DNA of 64,000 bases, taken from Rebecca billardiae RCC1528. Its lineage: Eukaryota; Protista; Haptophyta. Within the stretch, counting starts at the first letter, position 1; every line of letters starts with the position of its first letter. Made by a program: the position numbers and the translations under genes. Below are positions 45,901 to 54,819 of the stretch, piece after piece. The stretch is from contig OZ251229.1 in NCBI GenBank assembly GCA_965240325.2, forward strand, positions 1 to 64,000, given 5' to 3'. The notes under the pieces were generated by a model that ran no database searches, was not told the origin of the DNA, and saw nothing but the letters and a program-made list of their open reading frames with translations.

Positions 45901-48900
45901 CAGCCAGCGCCTTCTGCACCTCCGCCGCGTCGGGGTTGAAGGCCGCGCGCTGCGCGCCCGCCGGCAGCCCCTGCTGCACCTCGTCGTGCACGCGGCCGAA
46001 CATGGCCAGCAGCGCGTCCTCGACCGAGTTCTCGTGGAAGATGATGGGCGCGACCTCGTTGCCCTCCTGCGACAGCGACGCGCACACGGCCACGAGGTCG
46101 CGCGACATGGCCGTGTCGTCCCCGTAGATCTCGGCGCGCGCTTCTTTGTGCGCTCGCGCGATGAGCGATTCACCCATGGGGAGCTCTGCGTCCAGCTGGC
46201 GCGCGACCTCTCGTGCTTGCTGCGGGCCGTAGCACAGCTGCGCGTGCGTGGTCCCGCGCCGGGCCAAGCGCGCCTTCCAGTCCTCGACGATCGCCCGCCC
46301 GAGCTCGTGTTGGGAGTACGGCGTCGTGCGCACGCCCGGCTGGTTGGTCGGGCGCGGCAGCGAGCCGATGGGGTGTTCCTCGGACCCCTTGCCCATGCGC
46401 AGGTTGCGGCACATGGAGCCGTGCGCGACCGAGCGTTGCACGGCCCACGGCGGCGCGCCAAACGTGTCCACGTACTTCGACGGGCCCACCACCACCACGG
46501 ACGGGCACCCGGGCGTGGGGCATCCGATCGTCAGCTTGGCGCGGTCGACGCGCCGCGTCGGCGGCATGGCCCCCCGGTGCAGCGCGCACTCCGAGGCGTG
46601 CGTGAGCGCGTCGGCGAGGCGCGGGTACACCTGGCGCACCATCGGGGGCTCGAGCAGGGTGGCGTCCGCCTTCACCTGGGAGTACGGGCGCGGCGCCCGC
46701 AAGCCCATTTTCCTCCACAGTGCCAGGGGCCGGAGCTCGAGGCGGTGCGCTGCCGCCGACGTGCTCGCCGAGGTGCTCGACGGCGCGGAGTAGCGGAAGT
46801 ACCCGGCGTCACCGCCGTGGTGCAGCGACTCCGGCGCAACAAGCCGGGCGCCGGCCTGGCCGGCGCGGGGCTCGGCGGGACCGGTGGAGGGCGGCTGCGC
46901 GCGAGCGACGATGGGTGGACACGGCATGAGGGCAGCCAGCGGGTCGCGCGCGCGAGCGGCGTCGCTGTCGGCGGACTCGTCCGCCTGCAGTGCCGCCTGC
47001 GCCGCGCGCGCGCGGGCGTCCGCGCAGTCGTCGTCCGCGATGCCCTCCTCCCAGTCGCGCACGTCGATGGCGGCACTGGCGGGATCGGCGTCCGTGACGA
47101 GCGGCTCGCCGCGGGCGTCGGACTCGCCGACGCGCATCGTCGGCCAGTCCGCGCTCAGGGCGAACAGCGGCGCGTTGCCGCGGGCGGCCGCCGTCGTGTG
47201 CGTCCTATGGCCCACGGACGCGTCGACGAGGGGCACTCCACCGCGCGCCCATGCGGGCGCCGACTTCTCCGTCGCCAACGCGTCGGCAAGGTGGCCACCG
47301 AGGTGGGCACGCTGGCCGGCGTGCAGGGCCAGGGCGAGGTCCCCGCCGGACAAGAGGCCACCTGCGTGCGGCAGCGCAGGGAGGGCCCTCAGCCGCGCGT
47401 CGTCGTCGTCATTGCCGCCGTCGCCACCGGAGGCGCCGCGCGGCTGCGGCGGCGCGCGCGAGGCGCAGCCGGGCGGCTGCGCGATCACCGCGCGCGCGCT
47501 GCTGCTGTCGAGGGGCGGCCCCGCCGGGTGGAGTGGCGGGCGCGCCGTCGCGGCGCACACAGCAGCGCCGGGCACCGTCACCGCGACGCAGGGCACGGCG
47601 TCGCCCGCAGCGCAGGGTGCGCCCGGCGCTGGCGTTGCCACGCGAGCGGGCGAAGAGTGCCCATCGCCAGGCCGCGGCGACGCGGGCTCGTGCGCGCCCG
47701 GCGCGTCCGAGCTCGAGCTTTGGCGGGCGCCGGTGTGCCGCAGCGGGGCGGACGCTGCGTCGGGGCGACGCACGGCCGTGGGCGCGCGCGGCCCGACAGC
47801 CGGGTCGTCAACGCCATCGGCGCGTGGGGGCCGCGCGCCCTCGTCAAAGGGGGCGCCCACGTGCGCGCCCGTGCCGTGCGCGGCCGCGGCGGTGGGCGCG
47901 CGCCCACCGCCGTCGGCGTGAGGCGCGGGGTGGCCGCCCGCAAGCCCCACGACGTGGGGCACGGCAGGCGCCGCTGCGCGCTCATGTGCGAGCTGCGCGC
48001 CGTCGGCAGCGCACACGGGCAGCGCCAGCTGCAGCGCCGACTGCGCCCAGGCCCGCTGCTCGTGGTCCGACGGCGCCTGCTGGCCGTGCGCCGCGGTCGG
48101 CAGGTCGACCACCAGGCGGGAGACGTACTCGTGGTGCGCAGGCGAGCCGAGCCGGAAGCGGGCGTCAGCGCCAGCGCGCGTGGGCTCAGCCCCCCAGCGC
48201 AGCCTGGTCTCAAACGAGTGCTGGAGCCCGCGCTCGAGGGCGGGCACGAGCCGATACGGCGTGGGAGGCGGGTCGGAGCGCGCCGCGCACGGCGTGGCGG
48301 CGGGGCGAGGCGCGCTCGGCGGCGGCGTGAACGAAGCGCGGAATGTGTCCGCGAGGCCCCGCCCCCCGAATGAGAACACAGCCTTCAGGACGAGCGCGTC
48401 CGCCGCACCCTGACGCGTAGGCCTCTTGCGCGAGGACGACGGCACGGACCCCGAGGACGCGGCGCGCGCACTGGGGGCCGAGCGGTGATGCCACATGGCG
48501 GGGAAGATGTGCACTGCACCTGCGCTTTCCTGCAGGGCAACGTCGCCGTGCAGCGGCACGGCGTCGGCGCGCGCACCGGGGGGGCGCGCGCCGACCGTCT
48601 GCAGCGGGAAGGGATTGGTGGGCACACTTTGCGGCAAGTGCAAGAGGACCACTGCCGTCCACAGATGGTCCTCGTCGGTCGTGCCGTCGACGTGCCACCC
48701 GTACGTCGTGACGTCGCCGTCGTCGCACGTGCCGCGGCCCCCGTCGGGCGGACGCATCGGCCGCCCGAAGACATGCCAGGCCGTGAGGTCGAGCGCGTCG
48801 AGGCCGCGGACACCGTCAGAGGCGTCGCCGCGGAACAACGAGCTCACGACGCCCTTCAGCGCCGCCACCACGCGCTCAAAGGCGCGGCACCCCAGCACCG

Positions 48901-51376
48901 AGCGCGCAGAGGAGCCGTGGTCGCCCACCCCCCAGCGCCGCTGCGCGGCCGCCTCGCCGCCCGCGTCCGCGGACTGGTACGCGTGCACCGTGCGCAGGAG
49001 GCCGCCACCCTCATCCAGCAAGGGCATGGACGCATCGCCGTCCCCGCCGAGGCCTGCGTGCTGCAGCACGTACTCGCGCAACGGGCCAACCAGCACGCCC
49101 ATGTCCATGTCCAAACGCTGCGGTGCCGCAGCGGCGGCACCAAACGCGGCCTGCAGCGCGCGCCCAACCGCGGCGTTATGCGCGAGCATGTCGTCGAGGC
49201 TGGGCGCGGGCGCCGCCGCAGGCGTCGGCGCCAGCGCGTCGCCCAGCGGCGGCTCGCCTGCAGGCGGCAGCGCGCGCGGCACCACCACGGCGGAGGCAGG
49301 GCGCATCGCGCCCGACGCCGCGCTCGTCACCTCGTCGCGCCACGGCGCAGCGGCGCCCACGACAGCGTGCGCACCGCACAGCGTCAGCACCAGCGTCACT
49401 GGCGGCTGCGAGACGGCCGCGCCGGCCACGAGGGCCTGCGCGAAGGTGGCGTCGAGCAAGGGGTGCAGACGCGCGCCCTCGCCGACGTGCACCAGCGCGG
49501 GCGCGAGCGGGATGACCACTGCCCACACGGTGCGCTCGGCGATGGTGGAGGCGGCCCGCAGCAACGGCCGCGCCAGCCACCCTTCGCGCAGCGAGCCGTC
49601 CTCGCACGCGGCCACAAAGGCCGCAAGACCGGCGTGGCCGTCGGCGACCACGGCAGCACGCAGCCTGACGGCGGCTGCGCGCACGGCGGCGTCACGTCCA
49701 GCGGCGGCGCCGGACGTGGCAGCGCGCGGCGCTCCATCTGCCGCCACCCCTTCGCCGGCCCCCACGACGGCCTGCGAGACGGCGCCGAGCCACGCCAAGC
49801 GGGCGCTCTCGAGTTCCGCACGCAGCTGCTGGTCGCGCCAGCGTGCCTGCTCAGCCGACGCGGGAACGAACGCGCGCGGCTGCGCCGGCACGGGCGCGCA
49901 GAGCGCGCGTACGGCAGCGTACGCCTGCGTGCGCAGCTCCGCCGCTCGCGCACGCAGCGCGTCCGCGCAGAGGCTGCTGCGGCCTGCTGGCCACGACGCC
50001 ACGCGCTCGAAGGCGACGAACAGAGGCTCGGACTGGCCAGCGTCCGCGCCGAAGACGGCGCGCGCGTAGTACATCACCGCCTCGGACGGGCATGACAGCG
50101 GCGGGCACGGGGGGGGCGCGCCCGTCCAAGCGCCCGACGGCGCCGCCGCCGCCGCCGTCGTCGCCGGGAGCACGTCGTCGACGCCTCCGCCAGTCCCAGC
50201 ACCTGGGCGGGCATCCGGACGGGGGGCGCACAACGCCGCCAGAGCCAGCTTCGTCCGGAACGGAGCGGCGGCCCAGGCCGCACGCACTGCCCACGCGCAT
50301 GCGCCCTGCGCGTGCTCAGCGGCGCGTGCGTGCTGCCCTGGGGTCGGCGCCGAGGACGACGGCGACAGCGACTCCGCGCCACCCGAGCGGCGCGCGTGGG
50401 ACGTGCCTGCGGGCGGCGGCGCCGGTTTCCCTCCGAGCGCCGCTGCGGACGCCGTCAGTCGCGCCGTCTCCGCGAAACTGCCCTCCTCCGCCAGAGCCCC
50501 GTCGGCGGAAGCACCACAGGCAGCGCGCACGGCGATCTGCGCGACGGCCCTGAACCAAAGGGCCGCCGCGCACACGCGCGCCACCGAGTCCGCGCGCTCA
50601 CGCAGCGCGTCCGGGTGCGAAGCCAACAACTCCGCACACTCCACCACAGTGAGCAGCGCGTCGGCGCCGCTGCCACCCCATACGCGCGGCACTGTGACCT
50701 GCGCAGCGGCGGCGCCAAGGCCCACGTCGGTGCTGTGGACCACGCCGAGGGTGCACAGCACCAGACCAAAGGTGAACGTCCACGGGGCTGCTGCCGAGGA
50801 GAACTGCAGCGTGCACAACGCGTCGTCAGCCGCTGCGATCACCGCGTCCACGAGCAGCAGGTCGTCCTGACTGCTGGGGCCGGCGGACACATGCCGCATG
50901 CCCGCCTGCGCGGTACGTGCCAGCACGTGCGGCGGAGAGGCAAACGCAGGCGCGCGCGAGCACACACACGGGGCACATCGTCAGACAGGGGACGGGGGCG
51001 CATGGGAGTGGTGCTGTGTGCGCGCGCGCGGCGGCGCACGCCACCAACATCGCTGCCGACCACACACACCCGCCCCGGCCCACCGCGACCTCGCACCATT
51101 CACGAATCACGAGTGCGACTTGCCTGCTCGTCGCGGCCGGCGACCGTCGACGCCTCAGACCGACTCGGATGCGAGAAGGGGGAACTCCTGCGAGGGGAGG
51201 CCGCAGGGAACAAGAACGGTCGGTGCGTGTGCGCGATGCGCCGCGCGCGACCGCGCGGCGCGCGCACGACGCCCGCGCGCGTGGAAGGCGTACCCCCTTA
51301 ACGTCGTGCTCACGCCCAGCCCTCCCTCGTGGCGAGCTCGGGAGCAAGTTTTGCGGCGCGCCCCCCGGCGTCGCAT
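39993..51376 (-). CDS. Multidomain MULE transposase, predicted ~3,650 aa (exons 51294-51376, 51124-51187, 45745-50905, 39993-45634)
   Basis: MuDR ZnF CPTPGC...HGSMC; spliced FSDACFL..GMLFVTLAVNANRQ; ISDGQKGL...HLFLCTFH; TSAPAESF (Glu); SWIM CC..LPCMH; PHD-like C/H pattern; HhH IPGIG; OTU PGDGDC...HFGA; 2OG-Fe(II) WHVD...IFP..HHRS. Confidence 0.85.
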
Positions 51377-51880
51377 TTCTCTAACTAATTGACGAGCAAC
51401 GTTCCGGCGGCGGTCCGGGCGGGAGGAGTCGACGGCGTCGTTTCGTCGCGGGTGGGCGTCAGGCTGCGCGCAATACGAAAGTACCCACCCCCGCTCATTA
51501 GGGTACTCCGCCCGAATACAAGGCGGGCGTTCGCGCCGGTTCGCCGCGAGCGGTATCTTCCGCGTTGCGGGCGAGCGGCGCCATTTGCTCGCTCCCGAAG
51601 CTTCTGGCCGTCGGAAAACTGGCGGGGGTGCCAGTCCGGAAATCGCCGTGCTGAGATGCGGAGGTTTGTCGGAGTTCTGGTTGCTCGGTCGGTCCTCGTC
51701 GGACTTCCGGAGGATTCCCAAGAAACAAGTAAACAAGGCCCGGCCTCCATCTCTCCTCCGCCGTGCGCGCCAATCGTCGGCGTAGCTCTCGGCCTCGCGG
51801 CGGCACCGGGATCCCCCGCCCGCTGCTGCTCGCGGCGGCCGCGCGCGCGAGGGCGCGGGGCGGCGGCGCGCGGCGGCGGC

Positions 51881-54459
51881 ATGTTCAAGTCGAACCCGTT
51901 CGACGTGTACGCGCGGTACACCAAGCGCAAGAACGACCTGTGCGCGCTGGTGAGCGAGGCGCGCAAGCTGCTGGGCGCGCTGCACGCGGAGCACGAGCGG
52001 CTCTCGCGCGCGCCGACGGGCGTGCCGTGGATGCTCGGCCCGGACATGCCGACGGACCAGCAGCTGAAGGAGCTGATGGAGCGGCTGGTCAACGACCGCA
52101 TCTCCGTGCTCGTGATGGGCGAGACCAAGAACGGCAAGTCGACGTTCATCAACGCGCTGCTGGGCGCGGAGGTGCTGCCCTCCGCCAACGTGCCGTGCAC
52201 GTCCGTCATCTGCTCCGTGCAGTACGCGGACTCCAAGTGCGCGCGCGGCGCGCGCGCCCGCGGCGGCGGCGGGGCCGCGCGCGCGCGCGCCGCCCGCGCC
52301 CACGCGCCGCGCGCGCGCGTGCCGCGTGCCGCGTGTGCGCGCGCACGCACGCGCTGCGCGTCGGTCCGCAGGTACGCGCTCGTCACGCGGCGCAACCACG
52401 CGGACGCGGCGGCCAAGGAGATGGTCGACCTCAAGTACGCGCCGACCTCGGCGTACGCGGCGTCGCCCGCGCGCGGGCGGAACGGCGCGGCGCGGGCGAA
52501 CGGCGCGGGCGCCAAGGCGCCCGGCGGCGCGGGCGGCGGCGGCTCGGCCGCCTCGTCGCCGCGCGCGTCGGACGGCGGCGCGGACGGCGGCGGCGCCGCC
52601 GCCGCCGGCCCGCGGCCGGGCGACGCGCTCCGGCCGTACGTGATGACGCCGCGCGCGCAGCGCGACTTTGAGTCCAAGTACGAGTGCGTCGAGGTGTTCT
52701 GGCCGCTGCCGCTGCTGCGGCACAACGTGGTGCTGGTGGACACGCCCGGTCTGAACGAGCGCTCGTCGATGGACGTGGTTGTGCGCGAGCACCTGCCGCG
52801 CGCCGACTGCGTCGTCTTCGTGCTCAACGCGACCAAGGCGATCACGCACGTCGAGGCGCGCGCGATCACGGAGGTGCGCGACCGGCTGGGCCACGGGCAC
52901 ATGTTCGTCGTGCTCAACAAGATGGACCAGGTCGAGGTTGCGGAGCTGGAGGCGACCAAGCAGTGGGTGGGCGAGACGCTGGCCGAGCTGCTGCCCGACG
53001 CCACCTCGGACGCGGAGAGCGTCGTGCGGGGCACGCCCAACCGCGCGCTGTTCGTGCACCACGTCTCGAGCACGGACGCGCTGCGCGCGCACGCGCGGGG
53101 CGAGGAGGTGCCCAAGCCGTTCAAGGCGCTGCACGAGTGCGTGGGCAAGTACCTCACCGCCGAGCGCTTCCGGCCCAAGCTGCTCTCGGGCGGCGCCGCG
53201 CTCGCGCACGCGCTCGGCGCGGTCGCGGCCGGACTCGAGGCGCAGCGCGCGCAGCTGGCGCACGCGAGGGCGGCGCGCGGCGCGCAGCGCGAGCGGCTGG
53301 CGCGCATGTCCGAGCTCGCGTCGTCCAAGCAGGCGCGCCTCGAGTCGAGCGTCGCCGCGCTGCACGCCGAGCTCGCGTCCAACATCCAGCGGGTGCGTGC
53401 GCGCGCGCGTGCTGCTCGCGCCCCGCTGCGCGGCCGCGCGCGCGCCGCCCGCCGCCGCGCGCACTCACGGGAAGCGCGCGCGCGCCTCCCCGCCGCGTGC
53501 AGGCGCTGCTGAGCTACCTGCACTCGCTGCTGCCGCGCGTGGAGGAGATCGCGATGGGCCTGGACGAGGCCACCTTCGTGCCGCGCCGCTCCACCGAGTA
53601 CGCGCGCGACGCGCTGAGCGAGGTGGGGCGCGCGCTCGAGGCGGACCTGCGCGCGTGGGTGGCGCGCGAGCTGCTGCCGCTGGTGCAGCAGGCGTACGAC
53701 GACGTGATCGCGGCCACGCGCGCGGAGCTGGGCGAGCTGGTGCGCGAGCTCAAGCTCCTCGACGGGCTCGCGTTCGGCGGGCTGCACGGCATGCGGCTCG
53801 GGCAGTCGACCGGTGCGCGCGCGCGCGCGCCGCCCGCGCGCCACACCGTGCCCGCGCGCGCGCGCGCGCTCACGCGAGCGCGCGCGGTCCGTGTGGGCGG
53901 TGCGGCGGTGCGGGCAGACGCGAGCCGCCTGATCGAGAGCCTCGACTTCCACCGCTCGCTCAAGCGCGCGCACAACGGCATGGCGGTGGGCGGGTGCGCG
54001 ACCGCGGCGGGCGCGACGGTCGTCGGCGTCAAGGCGGCGGTCGGCGGCGCGCTCGCCGCGGCGGTGGGCGCGGTGGGCGCGGGCGGCTGCCTGCTGGCGA
54101 CGCTGGGCGTGGCGGTGGGGTGCCAGCACTACCACGCGCTCTCGCACCTCAAGAACTCCGCGCCCGAGATCAAGCAGCAGGCGGCGATGGAGGTGCAGAC
54201 GCGGCTCGCCGCCGCGATCGACGACGAGTCGGACGCCGGCCTCGTGCCCACGCTGAGCGCGGCGGCGGTCAAGCCGATCGACGACGCGGTGCGCCACCTG
54301 TTTGGCACGTACGCGATGCAGCTCGCCTCGATCGACAGGGCGAGCGGCACGCTGCAGCACGAGACGGACTCGCTGCAGGACGCGCTCGACTCGGTCGAGG
54401 CGACGCTCGCCAAGTGGACCAAGCTGATCAACCGGACCAAGGAGCTGCTCGCGGGGTAG
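51881..54459 (+). CDS. Dynamin-superfamily GTPase, mitofusin/bacterial dynamin-like type (introns 52237-52371, 53393-53502, 53813-53917)
   Basis: G1 GETKNGKSTFINALLG; G2 PCTS; G3 DTPG; G4 NKMD; coiled coils; Gly/Ala-rich hydrophobic hairpin near the C-terminus. Confidence 0.88.
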
Positions 54460-54819
54460 CGCGCGCGAGGCGGCGCGGGGCGCGGCCGCGCGGCCGGCCG
54501 TGTTCCAGGAAGGACCGGCGGGACCGGATGCGCCCGTTGGTCGTGTCTTAAGACCAGATCAGCATTACAAAAGCGAGAGGTCCTGCCAATATGCGGGCAT
54601 AGGGGAGGATGAATACCCGCCGCTCCGCAGGCCGCTCATCGCGATATCTCGCCAGCGCCTCGTCCACACATCCGCCGCTGCCCACCTTGTGGCTGCGGAC
54701 CCGCCACCCAACATTAGCGCCGCGACGAGCTCTCTCGCTCACCGGGGGGCGGGCGCGGGCGGCGCCGAGCACGCGCGGCGCGGCGGACGCGAGCGGCTTC
54801 AGCGCTTCGGGGGCGCGGC

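Larger units (their letters stand above)
33954..51719. mobile_element. Giant Mutator-like element (MULE), ~17.8 kb, ~495-bp TIRs, two convergent genes
   Basis: TIRs at ~33954-34447 and ~51226-51719 are near-identical with GGGAA termini; internal MULE DDE and SWIM transposase. Confidence 0.93.
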
